Positions 10,381-20,301 are shown, counted from the stretch's first letter. The stretch is DNA of 64,000 bases from Spirochaetia bacterium (GCA_045606105.1 JAZURI010000002.1:192001-256000), one strand, 5' to 3'. Made by a program: numbers and translations. The notes: generated from the sequence alone by a model not told the origin.

Positions 10381-11007
10381 TCAGAACCTGAACATTACAG
10401 ACAATGATGTCTCAAGGAAATTACCGAACATGGTATGATCCGAAGTAACCTTTCCATTGCCGGAATAGATCTGCGGAATGAACCAGTATACGGCATTTAT
10501 ACCGAAAACCCACTCCTCGGAATAATTCCAGTATGCTCCCACTGAAGGCTTGATTATCATGTCGATATGGGCAGCATCATCCAGGATGGAGAGACAGCCG
10601 CCGACTCCCAGGGATACCGGAAATTCAAAGGGATACATCCTGAACCAGTATGTGGCCTTGGCTGTAAGGGGAACCATATAGAGGATTCTGTCGTTGGGAC
10701 TCATGGCAAAGGTACCGCCGAACTCAGCACCGATGGAAACATGGTTGCTGATGAAGGTCTGCCACGAAAGGGATCCTACGCCTCCCAGGGTAAGGTTTGT
10801 ATCCGTGGTGGAGAAATCCTTGTCCATGAAGAAAAGAGGAATGAACAATCCGGCATTGATGAAGAACATCTGGTCGCCGAGACCGTACATTTCCACAAAG
10901 GTATCTTCATCTTCCTCATCAACATCAGGTGCGGCAAAAACCGGCACTGTGATGAATGCTACAATAATCAAAATCAAGAAAAATTTTTTGCTCAAATTAT
11001 ACATCAT
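10381..11007 (-). CDS. TP0733-like (OmpW/OprG-like) outer-membrane beta-barrel protein
   Basis: Signal peptide, GDQMFFINAGLFIPLF, FEFPVSLGVG, alternating hydrophobic strands, C-terminal Phe; start may be ATG 11004. Confidence 0.75.
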   Translation of the reverse strand: MMYNLSKKFFLILIIVAFITVPVFAAPDVDEEDEDTFVEMYGLGDQMFFINAGLFIPLFFMDKDFSTTDTNLTLGGVGSLSWQTFISNHVSIGAEFGGTFAMSPNDRILYMVPLTAKATYWFRMYPFEFPVSLGVGGCLSILDDAAHIDMIIKPSVGAYWNYSEEWVFGINAVYWFIPQIYSGNGKVTSDHTMFGNFLETSLSVMFRF

Positions 11008-11054
11008 CAGAAATATATTATTTTATTATTATTTTATCAAGCATTTGGCAGAGC

Positions 11055-11087
11055 AAAAAAAAACCCGGACTAATTACTTAATCCGGG
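11055..11087 (-). terminator. Intrinsic terminator after tRNA-Phe
   Basis: Minus strand CCCGGATTAA-GTAA-TTAGTCCGGG followed by a T9 run. Confidence 0.85.
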
Positions 11088-11090
11088 ATC

Positions 11091-11163
11091 TGCCACCGAT
11101 CAGAATCGAACTGATGACACGTAGATTTTCAGTCTACTGCTCTACCGACTGAGCTACAGCGGC
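11091..11163 (-). tRNA. tRNA-Phe (GAA)
   Basis: GCCGCTGTAGCTCAGTCGGTAGAGCAGTAGACTGAAAATCTACGTGTCATCAGTTCGATTCTGATCGGTGGCA; cloverleaf, GAA anticodon, TTCGA T-loop; CCA not encoded. TTGACA promoter at 11204-11199. Confidence 0.97.
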
Positions 11164-11229
11164 TTACCGTTGTCATTTATATTACAGCCGTAAAAAAATG
11201 TCAATATGTATTCCGAAAAAATTAAAATT

Positions 11230-11676
11230 TCATCTCGGAAGATTTCCGTTTACCGTTATGCATATACCCTTTACGGAAGGAAAATTGAAGCTGATGGTCT
11301 TTCTGAGAATCGCTGTGCTCTCCTCAAAGGTAAGCCCCGTATGGGATGAGGAAAGGACCGCTTCTATCGATAAATCGGCATATACGGTATCGTTCCTGTA
11401 CAGGAGCCGGTTAAGTCTTGTCCTTTCGGGAAATATGTTGTCACGGACCAGCAGGGAGGAGCCCAGGAGAGCATCCTTCACAAGCAACTCTATATTCTTT
11501 TCGGTATCATGCTTTTCGGCAATCAGGCGATGCTCCATGACCACGGCCCTGGAAACCGGCTCCACAAAAAAAAGGGAACGGTCGGTGAATCTGTTTTCCT
11601 CGGTAAAGAACCATATCACCGAAAATGAAATGAAAACAAACAATGATATAAAATAAATCAGCCACCCTTTTTTCAT
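11230..11676 (-). CDS. GerMN domain-containing protein
   Basis: N-terminal TM helix; ELLVKDALLG, IFPERTRL, VYADLS, ILRKTISFNFPSVKGICITVNG; follows an amidase, a usual context. Confidence 0.75.
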   Translation of the reverse strand: MKKGWLIYFISLFVFISFSVIWFFTEENRFTDRSLFFVEPVSRAVVMEHRLIAEKHDTEKNIELLVKDALLGSSLLVRDNIFPERTRLNRLLYRNDTVYADLSIEAVLSSSHTGLTFEESTAILRKTISFNFPSVKGICITVNGNLPR

Positions 11677-11682
11677 GCCGTC

Positions 11683-12759
11683 CTACTCCGAATGCTCGAA
11701 ATCATATACAAAATCCTGTATCCCATTATAAATGCCTTCGCTGATTTTCTGCAAGTAGCTGTTGCTGTTAAGCAGCTCCGCCTCCTTCGGATTTGAAACA
11801 AATCCCACCTCTATGAGAACAGAAGGCACCTTGGCGTTGCGGACAACAAACCACGATTCCCTTTTTATACCCCGGTTCGGTATTTCACGGCTGATCTTCT
11901 TGTCCATGCCGTCAAGGATTGAGCCGGCCAGTTGGATGCTTTCCCTGGAGAGCTCCTCCTCCGCAATGGTGTTCAGGGCTGTGATAAGGGTCCTGTTGCC
12001 GGAATCCACGCTGCCGGAATCGACCACGGAACGCCTGTATTCGTCAGGCAGACACCATACCTCGAAGCCGTTGGCCTTCTTGTTGAGGGAGGCATTTGCA
12101 TGAACCGATATGAAAAGGATACTCTCGTTGGGCTTCAGCTTTATACTGTTGGCCATCCGGACCCTGTCGTCCAGGCTCGGGAAGGTATCTCCCGTACGGC
12201 TCATTATTATCTTCTTGTCAGGATATTCCCTGGAGAGCATATCCTTCAGCTTCTTTCCGATATTAAGGACAACGGTCTTTTCCATTACCCTCACATTCCG
12301 GCCTCTGATCCTGTGGGTTCCTATGGCACCCGGATCCTTTCCGCCGTGTCCCGGATCTATGAATATGGCAGCCACCCTGTGACCGCTTTTCGTATATACT
12401 GCCCTCTGAGCCGGAACCACCTTGTCATGCTGCCTGACCGCCTCGGCCAGGGAGCCTGAAACCATGAGCATGCCATCTTTCATATAGACAGAGCCGCTGC
12501 CCACCTTTTCAGATGAATCGGCCACCATGAACGGAACCCCGGGCCTGAAGGAATAGGAATATCTGCCGGTCCTCAGCTCACCGTTCTCGCTTCTCGGATC
12601 CCAGATTATCTCCCCTTTCAGCTCATCCGCCAGTGAAAAGATATCCTCGTCCGCTCTGTCTGCCGCGGCGACAGGCAGGGATAAAAGAAGGAAAAGCAGT
12701 ATGATAATGTACCTGATAAAGGATGCTTTCAAATAATTCACCGTTATTACAATGGTCAA
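11683..12759 (-). CDS. N-acetylmuramoyl-L-alanine amidase (Amidase_3)
   Basis: IFIDPGHGGKDPGA, EK, LDDRVRMAN, FISVHANAS, PSVLIEVGFVSN. The true start may be GTG 12741, because TTG 12759 overlaps a TATAAT box. Confidence 0.93.
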   Translation of the reverse strand: MTIVITVNYLKASFIRYIIILLFLLLSLPVAAADRADEDIFSLADELKGEIIWDPRSENGELRTGRYSYSFRPGVPFMVADSSEKVGSGSVYMKDGMLMVSGSLAEAVRQHDKVVPAQRAVYTKSGHRVAAIFIDPGHGGKDPGAIGTHRIRGRNVRVMEKTVVLNIGKKLKDMLSREYPDKKIIMSRTGDTFPSLDDRVRMANSIKLKPNESILFISVHANASLNKKANGFEVWCLPDEYRRSVVDSGSVDSGNRTLITALNTIAEEELSRESIQLAGSILDGMDKKISREIPNRGIKRESWFVVRNAKVPSVLIEVGFVSNPKEAELLNSNSYLQKISEGIYNGIQDFVYDFEHSE

Positions 12760-12916
12760 TTATAGTATTTTGCAAGATATCTTGTCAAATGCGGAGCTTT
12801 ATAAATATTATATATATAAATTTATAATAAGGGCTCTTTCTTATTGACTATTTTTCACCCTTGTGGTAACTTTTTTAGGCAAATTATCATTTTTACATTA
12901 TTTTTTAGGAGGACTA

Positions 12917-13435
12917 TTGGCTGAAAAAGAGTTAAGAATCAATGAAAACATCAGAGTTAGAGAAGTTAGACTGTTGGATGAGAACAACCAGATGCAGGGT
13001 GTAGTTTCAATCCAGGAGGCACTTACTTTAGCACAGGAGAGGGGCTACGATCTGGTAGAGGTGGCACCCCAGGCAAGTCCGCCGGTCTGCAAGCTGCTGG
13101 ACTACGGAAAGTTTGTTTTCGATCAGGAAAAGAAACTCAAGGAATCAAAGAAAAAGCAGAAGCAGATTAAATTAAAAGAAGTAAGAATGCAGCCATTAAT
13201 AGAAATTCATGATTTGCAGTTCAAGACAAAACATGTAAAAGAATTTCTCGACGAAGGTAACAAAGTTAAGATCACTGTCAGATTCAAGGGTCGCCAGCTT
13301 GCCCACACCGATTTGGGAAGGGATACGCTGAACAAGATTCTGGAGCTTCTGGACGGTGAGTATATCCTTGACAAGCCGCCTATGATGGAAGGTCGGTTTA
13401 TGTCTATGTTATTAAATCCAAAAGGTAAAAAATAG
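12917..13435 (+). CDS. infC: Translation initiation factor IF-3
   Basis: AGGAGG SD then TTG at 12917; [46 protein letters not shown]. Confidence 0.96.
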   Translation: MAEKELRINENIRVREVRLLDENNQMQGVVSIQEALTLAQERGYDLVEVAPQASPPVCKLLDYGKFVFDQEKKLKESKKKQKQIKLKEVRMQPLIEIHDLQFKTKHVKEFLDEGNKVKITVRFKGRQLAHTDLGRDTLNKILELLDGEYILDKPPMMEGRFMSMLLNPKGKK

Positions 13436-13446
13436 GAGGCTTCAAA

Positions 13447-13644
13447 ATGCCAAAAATGAAGACAAGAAAAGCTGCGGCAAAAAGATATTCTCTTACCGCA
13501 ACCGGCAAGGTAAAATACAAGAAGATGGGTCTGCGCCACATTCTCACAAAGAAATCAACAAAGAGAAAGAGAAACCTCAGACATTCCGGAATTCTCAGCA
13601 AAGCTGAAACAGCAAGAGCTAAAGTATTAATGCCTTACAGCTGA
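13447..13644 (+). CDS. rpmI: 50S ribosomal protein L35
   Basis: [14 protein letters not shown]...[15 protein letters not shown]; lies between infC and rplT. Confidence 0.98.
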   Translation: MPKMKTRKAAAKRYSLTATGKVKYKKMGLRHILTKKSTKRKRNLRHSGILSKAETARAKVLMPYS

Positions 13645-13668
13645 ACAAAAAATTAAAGGAGAAGAATT

Positions 13669-14028
13669 ATGCCAAGAGCAGTCGACGGAACAAGACGTCA
13701 TGATAGAAGAAAAAAGATTTTAGAGAGAGCAAAAGGTTACAGAGGTTCCAGAAGCCTTCTTTTCAAGACAGCAAAGGAAACCGTAGCAAGAGCGCTTCAG
13801 AACTCATACGACCACAGAAAGCAGAGAAGAAGAAACTTCAGAGCTCTCTGGATTGCCAGAATTTCAGCTGAATGCAGAAACCAGGGTATCACATACTCAA
13901 GATTCATGAACGGCCTCACAAAGGCAAACATCGTTCTGAACAGAAAAGCCCTTTCCAACATGGCAATCGAGGATAAGGCTGCTTTCACAGCACTTATTGA
14001 AAAAGCAAAGGCTGCACTGGAAGCCTGA
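13669..14028 (+). CDS. rplT: 50S ribosomal protein L20
   Basis: AKGYRG, FRALWIARISA, YSRFMNGL, LNRKALSNMAI. Confidence 0.98.
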   Translation: MPRAVDGTRRHDRRKKILERAKGYRGSRSLLFKTAKETVARALQNSYDHRKQRRRNFRALWIARISAECRNQGITYSRFMNGLTKANIVLNRKALSNMAIEDKAAFTALIEKAKAALEA

Positions 14029-14048
14029 CATACTGAGGGAGAATCAGC

Positions 14049-14420
14049 ATGAGCACAATCGAACAGATCAGATTACTTGCGGGAAAAATTGAAAAGGCCG
14101 TTGAAACAATCAAGGCATTCAAGGCTGAAAACATCCGGCTCAAGGAAGAGCTGGCAAAGGCTAAAGCAAGGGAAGAGGAGCTGGAAAACCTCGTCGCATC
14201 ATACAAAAGCGGAAGCGAAGATGTGGATGACGGAATTGCATATGCAATCAAGCTTCTTGATGAAATCGAACTGGAAGATTCTGCCGCTGCTCCCGAAATT
14301 ATTCCTGCCGAAGAGCTCAACCGGGCTCAGGCAGAGAATTTTACCCTTTCTGCACAGGAAGAAGAGAGCCTGGATATCGATCTGGATAACAGCGGCAGCG
14401 AGCAGCTTAACATTTTCTGA
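14049..14420 (+). CDS. ZapB-like coiled-coil cell division protein
   Basis: N-terminal coiled coil (LAGKIEKAVETIKAFKAENIRLKEEL), acidic tail, immediately upstream of zapA. Confidence 0.65.
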   Translation: MSTIEQIRLLAGKIEKAVETIKAFKAENIRLKEELAKAKAREEELENLVASYKSGSEDVDDGIAYAIKLLDEIELEDSAAAPEIIPAEELNRAQAENFTLSAQEEESLDIDLDNSGSEQLNIF

Positions 14421-14431
14421 TTCCTGACTGT

Positions 14432-14716
14432 ATGAAAAATACTGTAAAGATCAATTTATTGGGTTCATCCTTCACCATCAAGGTTGATGATGAACCTGAA
14501 TATGTCAATAAAATCGTCGCTTATGCCGATGAGCGGATAAAAAAGATTCAATCAACAATTACTAACGAAAATCCCTTGAGAATATCTTTATTAGCGTGTA
14601 TATTTATAATAGATGAGCTTTTTAAGGAACGTGATTTTTCCGAAAGGGAAAGAAAGAGGATTGCGGATATCACGGAACAGCTTATCAGCAGTATAGATTC
14701 TGCTATAGAAGAATAA
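14432..14716 (+). CDS. zapA: Cell division protein ZapA
   Basis: VKINLLGSSFTIK..DEPEYVNKIVAYADERI...LLACIFIIDELF consensus. Confidence 0.88.
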   Translation: MKNTVKINLLGSSFTIKVDDEPEYVNKIVAYADERIKKIQSTITNENPLRISLLACIFIIDELFKERDFSERERKRIADITEQLISSIDSAIEE

Positions 14717-14721
14717 TATTT

Positions 14722-14885
14722 GCCTGCGGAGTTCGGGCGGAGTGGAAATCTCTTGGGACAAACTATAATATAGGGATTTTTTATACAATAATTGAAGCTC
14801 TTTCGCAGAGTATTCATGATATTGAACTACTAAAAACCCACGTGAACATTAGTTCAAGAGATTATCTCCAAGCGGCTTTGCGGGT
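14722..14885 (+). ncRNA. ssrS: 6S RNA (SsrS)
   Basis: Directly after zapA (conserved synteny). Terminal pairings CCTGCGGAG/CTTTGCGGG and AATCTCTTG/CAAGAGATT enclose an A-rich central bubble; T-run follows. Confidence 0.75.
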
Positions 14886-14909
14886 TTTTTATAATAAAAC
14901 GGAGAACCG

Positions 14910-15746
14910 ATGACCAGATATCTTGCATTAACGGCTTTTACCTTATGTCTGCTTTTCTCTTCCTGTGCCACATTGTCAGAAACAGGTACAACCGGCTCTT
15001 CCGAAACATCTCAGTCTGAAACAGTTGAAAAATTCCAAAAAAAGCATGTCCCTATAAAGGAAATCAGGAGACAGAACGGTCTTATCATGTCCTACTCTGT
15101 TTTCAAGTACGGAAACGACAGGTATACTCCTGCAGAAATAAACATCTATGACAGGCACAGCATCCTTACCGAAAAGATCCTTACCGAAAAGCTCGGTATC
15201 AGAACCGAAAAAAAGAGTTTTATGGATGCAGACAACAATATCCACAGATACTATGTCATCACCAGGGACGAAAAGGGAAATATCGTGGAGCAGATTCTTT
15301 TCGGAGGCTCCAACCGCCTCATTGCCGTGGAGGAGTTTGTCTACGATGACCTGGGAAACAAAACTGAATGGAGAGCCTACAACAGCAGCGAGGTTCTTCT
15401 TACCTTCAACAGATATCAATATGAAAACGGCCTCAATACAAGAACCGACAGCTATCATGCAGACGGTACACCGGCAGAATATTTCATAAACAGATACGAC
15501 AGGGCCGGAAACCTGACAGTCACCGAACATTATGACAGTTCCGGCCGGCTGCTGGGAATCCACAGGACCACATACAAGAACGGTCTGATTTTCAGGGAGG
15601 AATCCCTGGGAAAGAACAAGGAAACCGAGTGGTACATTACCTACATATACAGCGACCAGTACAGAAAGGTGACAAAAACCACATGGTCGGCCTCAGGTGA
15701 GGAACTGGAACAGGTAGAACAGACCTGTATCCTTCTGGACAGATAA
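14910..15746 (+). CDS. Hypothetical lipoprotein with YD/RHS-like beta-hairpin repeats
   Basis: LLFSS-C lipobox; repeats RDEKGNI, YDDLGNK, YENGLNT, YDRAGNL, YDSSGRL, YKNGLIF. Confidence 0.7.
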   Translation: MTRYLALTAFTLCLLFSSCATLSETGTTGSSETSQSETVEKFQKKHVPIKEIRRQNGLIMSYSVFKYGNDRYTPAEINIYDRHSILTEKILTEKLGIRTEKKSFMDADNNIHRYYVITRDEKGNIVEQILFGGSNRLIAVEEFVYDDLGNKTEWRAYNSSEVLLTFNRYQYENGLNTRTDSYHADGTPAEYFINRYDRAGNLTVTEHYDSSGRLLGIHRTTYKNGLIFREESLGKNKETEWYITYIYSDQYRKVTKTTWSASGEELEQVEQTCILLDR

Positions 15747-15755
15747 GGGGGAATC

Positions 15756-16928
15756 ATGAAAAAGCTTTCAATCATCATGATTTTAATCCTTCTTCATACC
15801 TTCTCCGCCTATGCCGGGGACCATGCAAGAAATGCAGCATGGCTCAGAATAATGAACAGCTCCGAATTCGAATACAGAACCGAAATACTCAATACTGTTT
15901 TCGATGAAAATGACCGCTATGTAAAAAAAGCCCTTCTGAACGACCTTCAGGAAAGCATGCACGGAAACAAGTTTGCCCACGTGGCTCCCGACAAGCTGGA
16001 AAACTATCAGGGAATGATTGTACGGAGACTTGGAATCCTGAATGACAAGGCCTCTGCGGAAAACATATATTATTTAATGGAAAATACCGGTAATTCCGCA
16101 CTGAAACGGGAAGCGGTCACCGCTTTGGGTAAAATCGGAGCAGTCAGATACGGAAATACCATTACCGACATGCTTACCGAGGCAAATTCAAGACAGTATT
16201 TCCTTACGGAATCAGGATATGTAAATGCGGCAGAAGAAAATGCCCTTGATGCGGCAGCTGCGGTTGATGCAATAGAGAACATGTATCTTGAACAGAGCTA
16301 TGAACCGGTTTTCAGGGCATATGCCTGCGGATACCCGAAGGAGAGCAATGTTGCGTCAAAAGCGGAAAAGGTTCTTTTTTCACTTTCCCCCAACCCTACC
16401 TCTGAACTGAAGAAAATAGCATCGAAGGAAAACAATCCTGAAATGCTGGGTCATATACTGGATATCCATGAAGCATCCGAAGCCACATTGCAAGAAAAGG
16501 GAGAAATTGCCTCCGTTATTCTTAACAAGGCTGCTGAAAACGGATTCCTTCCGGGAAATTATATTGAAAGAAGCTGTTACCTGATAGAAAAAGGGGGAAC
16601 CGGCGTATCCGGAGGAGACAAGGCAGTCAAGGCTGTTCTCGAAGGAGACATTGATAGGGATATTACCGAAAGAATAATTGCAATTGCCCCGCTCTGCAAA
16701 AACGGAATCAAGGAGTTGGATTCATATCTCCGGAACCAGATAAAGCTGAATCAGACTGGCAAAGGGGATTTCGGCCAGAGGGAAAAGATTGTGGCTGTAA
16801 TAAATACTTTCGGAAATACCGGCTCCAGAGAACATCTCAACACACTGATCAGAGTCAGAACGGCAGGATGGCCTGAAAACATAGTTTCGGCCACTGAACA
16901 GGCTATTGACAAAATACTGGACAGATAA
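15756..16928 (+). CDS. Exported HEAT-repeat protein
   Basis: Signal peptide; IVRRLGILNDKAS, LKREAVTALGKIG, AVINTFGNTGS HEAT-like repeats. Confidence 0.65.
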   Translation: MKKLSIIMILILLHTFSAYAGDHARNAAWLRIMNSSEFEYRTEILNTVFDENDRYVKKALLNDLQESMHGNKFAHVAPDKLENYQGMIVRRLGILNDKASAENIYYLMENTGNSALKREAVTALGKIGAVRYGNTITDMLTEANSRQYFLTESGYVNAAEENALDAAAAVDAIENMYLEQSYEPVFRAYACGYPKESNVASKAEKVLFSLSPNPTSELKKIASKENNPEMLGHILDIHEASEATLQEKGEIASVILNKAAENGFLPGNYIERSCYLIEKGGTGVSGGDKAVKAVLEGDIDRDITERIIAIAPLCKNGIKELDSYLRNQIKLNQTGKGDFGQREKIVAVINTFGNTGSREHLNTLIRVRTAGWPENIVSATEQAIDKILDR

Positions 16929-16929
16929 G

Positions 16930-18888
16930 CTACATCAGATTTACCGGATCCACATCCGATTCCATATATACACCGAAAGGGGTCCTGAACTGACCGGCCA
17001 GTGAGGCAAGTATACTGTGGGAGCAGGAAAAATCCGAAGTGTTTACTATTATCTGATAACGATGATTATCGGACAGAACAGCAATAGGGGCTTCAGCCGG
17101 TCCCATTACATTGAAAAGACCTGACGATGAGGCTTTTAACCGGCCGGCAAACTCAGCAGCTGCATTACAGGCCTTTTCCCTGTCCCTGCTCCTGAAAACA
17201 AACCTGAAAAGCCTGGAAAAAGGGGGAAAACCCATTCCCTGCCTGAAACTCAGCTCTCTGGAATAAAAACCCTCTTCATCATTGCGGGCCGCACAGGTTA
17301 TGGCATAATTATCAGGTCTGTAGGTCTGAATTATAACCTTGCCCCCTTCAAAAAAGCGACCTGCTCTTCCCGAAACCTGGGTAAGAAGGGAATAAGTCCG
17401 TTCCGCCGCCCTGAAATCAGGCATCTGCAGCGTGGTATCAGCCAGGATTATCCCCACCAACGATACCGAAGGAAAGTTGAAGCCCTTGGCTACCATCTGG
17501 GTTCCCAGAAGGATATCGGCCTCCTTACGGGCAAAGGCAGACAGCACCGCTCCTGTCTTTTCCTTGTCTGTGGCCGTATCGCTGTCCAGACGAAGAATTT
17601 TCATGTAAGGAAAAAGATTTCTTATATCCTCCTCTGTCTTTTCCGTTCCGAAGCCGCTGTATCCCACATCAAGACCTCCGCATCCGGGACAGACCCTGGA
17701 TGGAGATACGGAATAGCCGCAGTAATGACAGATAAGAAGATTTCTGCTTCTGTGATAGGTAAGAGGAACCGAGCAATGGGTGCATTTCATTTCAAAACCG
17801 CAGTTCTGACAGGAAAAATTATAGAAAAATCCCCTTCTGTTAAGGAAAAGAATGGTCTGTTTTCCCTGAGAATAGGCATTGTAGATTTCATTTTTCAGAA
17901 CCGCAGAAATGGATGAGGTCTGTCTGTTCATGTCCACTATGCTGATTTCAGGCATGACACCGCCGGAAACCCTGCAGGGAAGCTCCAGATGAGTCAGAAT
18001 TCCCTTTTTCATCAGATAATATGCTTCCACCGACGGGGTTGCACTTCCCATCAGCACCTTTGCATTCTCCCTTTTTGCCCTGTACATTGCCACCTGGCGG
18101 GCATGGTACCGGGGAGAAGAGCCCGATTTATAGGAGTTTTCATGCTCCTCATCTATGATCACAAGCCCCAGATTCCTTACCGGAGCAAAAACCGCACTTC
18201 TGGCACCGATGACAAACCTTGCCTCACCCCGCTGTATAAGCTTCCATTGCTTGAGCCGCATTGAAGGGGTAAGGGCTGAATGAAGCACCGCCACCGCAGA
18301 GCCGAACCTTTTTTTCACCGCATCCAGCATCTGGTGCGACAGGGCTATTTCAGGTACAAGATAAATAATACCTCTCCCCTGAGCCATAAGTCTTTCGGCA
18401 AGGGTGAAAAAGACCTCTGTCTTTCCGCTGCCTGTAACACCGTGAAGGTAAAAAAGGGACTCATTCCCTTCACTGACCCTGAGAACGGCTTTTTCCTGAG
18501 CTTCTGTCAGGGTATGCCCCTCTGAAAAGCCGTAATCTGCGGCCGGCTCATCCTCCAGCTCCTTTTCCTTTTTTCCTCCGGGAAGAATGGCATGAAGCGC
18601 CTCTCCCCAGCCGCACATATACATGTCCCCCATCCAGAGGGCCATCTGCCAGCAGGAAGAATCGAAAAGTGGTTCCGTTTCCATTATCCTGGATATTTTT
18701 TTCAGTTCAAAGGAGGGGTTAGGATTTTCTGACAGGATATCCACCACATAGCCCTGCATTTCCCGCCGGCCGAAAGGGACCTTGACACGCATGCCGATAC
18801 CGCACTCCCCCTTTTCGCAGGGAAGATAGGTAAAGACCTGTCTCAATGGGAGATTCAATGCTACCTGTATGAATTTTCCGTCACTCAT
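16930..18888 (-). CDS. priA: Primosomal protein N' (replication restart helicase)
   Basis: GVTGSGKTEV, LVPEIAL, IIDEEHE, SATPS, four CxxC pairs, GTQMVAKG, QVSGRAGR. Confidence 0.97.
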   Translation of the reverse strand: MSDGKFIQVALNLPLRQVFTYLPCEKGECGIGMRVKVPFGRREMQGYVVDILSENPNPSFELKKISRIMETEPLFDSSCWQMALWMGDMYMCGWGEALHAILPGGKKEKELEDEPAADYGFSEGHTLTEAQEKAVLRVSEGNESLFYLHGVTGSGKTEVFFTLAERLMAQGRGIIYLVPEIALSHQMLDAVKKRFGSAVAVLHSALTPSMRLKQWKLIQRGEARFVIGARSAVFAPVRNLGLVIIDEEHENSYKSGSSPRYHARQVAMYRAKRENAKVLMGSATPSVEAYYLMKKGILTHLELPCRVSGGVMPEISIVDMNRQTSSISAVLKNEIYNAYSQGKQTILFLNRRGFFYNFSCQNCGFEMKCTHCSVPLTYHRSRNLLICHYCGYSVSPSRVCPGCGGLDVGYSGFGTEKTEEDIRNLFPYMKILRLDSDTATDKEKTGAVLSAFARKEADILLGTQMVAKGFNFPSVSLVGIILADTTLQMPDFRAAERTYSLLTQVSGRAGRFFEGGKVIIQTYRPDNYAITCAARNDEEGFYSRELSFRQGMGFPPFSRLFRFVFRSRDREKACNAAAEFAGRLKASSSGLFNVMGPAEAPIAVLSDNHRYQIIVNTSDFSCSHSILASLAGQFRTPFGVYMESDVDPVNLM

Positions 18889-19570
18889 TCTTTAATTTTT
18901 CCAGCTCTTCCTTAAGCCTTTTAAGATCGTCCCAGACTGCTCTCCTGAGAGAGGGATCTCTGAGGACACCGCTGGGATGATAGGTCGGAATCAGCGGAAT
19001 ACCGTTGAACCGGTATGTCCTTCCCCTGAGTCTTCCCAGAGGAGATTCATCTCCTATAAGGGTCTGTGCCGCAATTCTCCCTACCGTCAGTATCATCCTG
19101 GGTCTGAGAATTTCAATCTGTCTTCTGAGGAAAGGGATACAGACCTCTATTTCATCAGGCCGGGGATCCCTGTTTCCCGGAGGACGGCATTTAACCACAT
19201 TTGCAATAAAGCAATCCCTGTGCCGGCTCATTCCTATGGCATCCAGCCACTTGTCCAGATACTGCCCTGCCTTGCCCACAAACGGAATACCGCTGACATC
19301 CTCGTCTGCACCCGGCCCTTCGCCTACCACCAGCAGATCAGGCCGTTCAACACCGAAGCCTGGTACCGCCTTTATTCTCCTTTCACAGAGTCTGCATCCT
19401 GTGCAGGCTGAAACCTCCCCGGCCACCGCATCAAGGGAGTCATTCATTTTCTCCGCACTACTGCACTTCAGCATCACCGGAGAAAGGGGACGGTTCATGC
19501 TCCTTCCGTATTTTACAATATCCTCAAAATCATTTATAAGCTTCCAGTATTCGTTATCAAAATCAGTCAT
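18881..19570 (-). CDS. Uracil-DNA glycosylase, family 4 (Fe-S)
   Basis: CTGCRLC, VGEGPGADED..GIPFVG, NVVKCRPPGNRDP, TYHPS. Confidence 0.95.
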   Translation of the reverse strand: MTDFDNEYWKLINDFEDIVKYGRSMNRPLSPVMLKCSSAEKMNDSLDAVAGEVSACTGCRLCERRIKAVPGFGVERPDLLVVGEGPGADEDVSGIPFVGKAGQYLDKWLDAIGMSRHRDCFIANVVKCRPPGNRDPRPDEIEVCIPFLRRQIEILRPRMILTVGRIAAQTLIGDESPLGRLRGRTYRFNGIPLIPTYHPSGVLRDPSLRRAVWDDLKRLKEELEKLKNE

Positions 19571-20300
19571 ATATCACCCTGTCGAGAAAAAGCCCCCTGG
19601 CTGCGGCACAGGCTCCGGCACAATCCCTGTTACGGGCCTCCAGTATCCGGCTCATGTCATCGGAGGAAAGCCCCTTGTTGTACAGCTCCAGCACGGTTCC
19701 CACTATGGAACGGACCATCCTCCGGAGAAATCCGTCGGCCGATACCTTGAACACGGTATAACCGCGGCTCTGGTAAAAAACTGCCGATTTTATGGTTCTG
19801 GACATGGGATAACCCTCCTCCATCACGGAAGAAAAGGAGGTAAAATCATGATATCCCACCAGAGGTGCCACTATTTCATTAAGACGGTTCAGGTCCGGAT
19901 TTTCCTTTATTCCGAGACAATACCGGGCAAGCCAGGGATAGCACATGGAGTTCGGCAGCATATAGTATTTGTATACACGCTCCACGGCATCGAACCTTGC
20001 ATGAAAGCCTTCATCAACCTGTTCGCTTTTTATTATCCTGATATCGCCGGGGAGAAAGGCATTGATGGCATCCCTGTATTTTTCCTGAGGTATCCTCATG
20101 TCGGTATAAAAATTGGCACACTGACCGGCAGCATGGACACCGGAATCGGTTCTCCCCGCCCCTGTAATCTTCACCGGAAAACCGTGAAGCTTTTCCAATG
20201 CCTTTTCAAGCCGTTCCTGAACAGTATCCTCGGTGTTCTGAATCTGCCAGCCGCAGTAGTTGGTTCCGTCATAGGCTATAGTAAGCTTTATGTTTGACAC
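19563..20300 (-). CDS. truA: tRNA pseudouridine(38-40) synthase
   Basis: YDGTNYCGWQ, GAGRTDSGVHA, FHARFDA, FLRRMVR. Confidence 0.97.
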   Translation of the reverse strand: MSNIKLTIAYDGTNYCGWQIQNTEDTVQERLEKALEKLHGFPVKITGAGRTDSGVHAAGQCANFYTDMRIPQEKYRDAINAFLPGDIRIIKSEQVDEGFHARFDAVERVYKYYMLPNSMCYPWLARYCLGIKENPDLNRLNEIVAPLVGYHDFTSFSSVMEEGYPMSRTIKSAVFYQSRGYTVFKVSADGFLRRMVRSIVGTVLELYNKGLSSDDMSRILEARNRDCAGACAAARGLFLDRVIYD

Positions 20301-20301
20301 C

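Noticed and set aside
11041-11163. tRNA-Phe as an integration site
   Set aside because: No integrase, no duplicated tRNA 3' end seen, and flanking genes look like backbone.
14910-15746. RHS/polymorphic toxin
   Set aside because: Too short, lipoprotein signal, no DPxG cleavage motif, no toxin tip or immunity gene.
19005-20297. 430-aa plus-strand ORF
   Set aside because: Antisense shadow of udg and truA; no motifs or SD.
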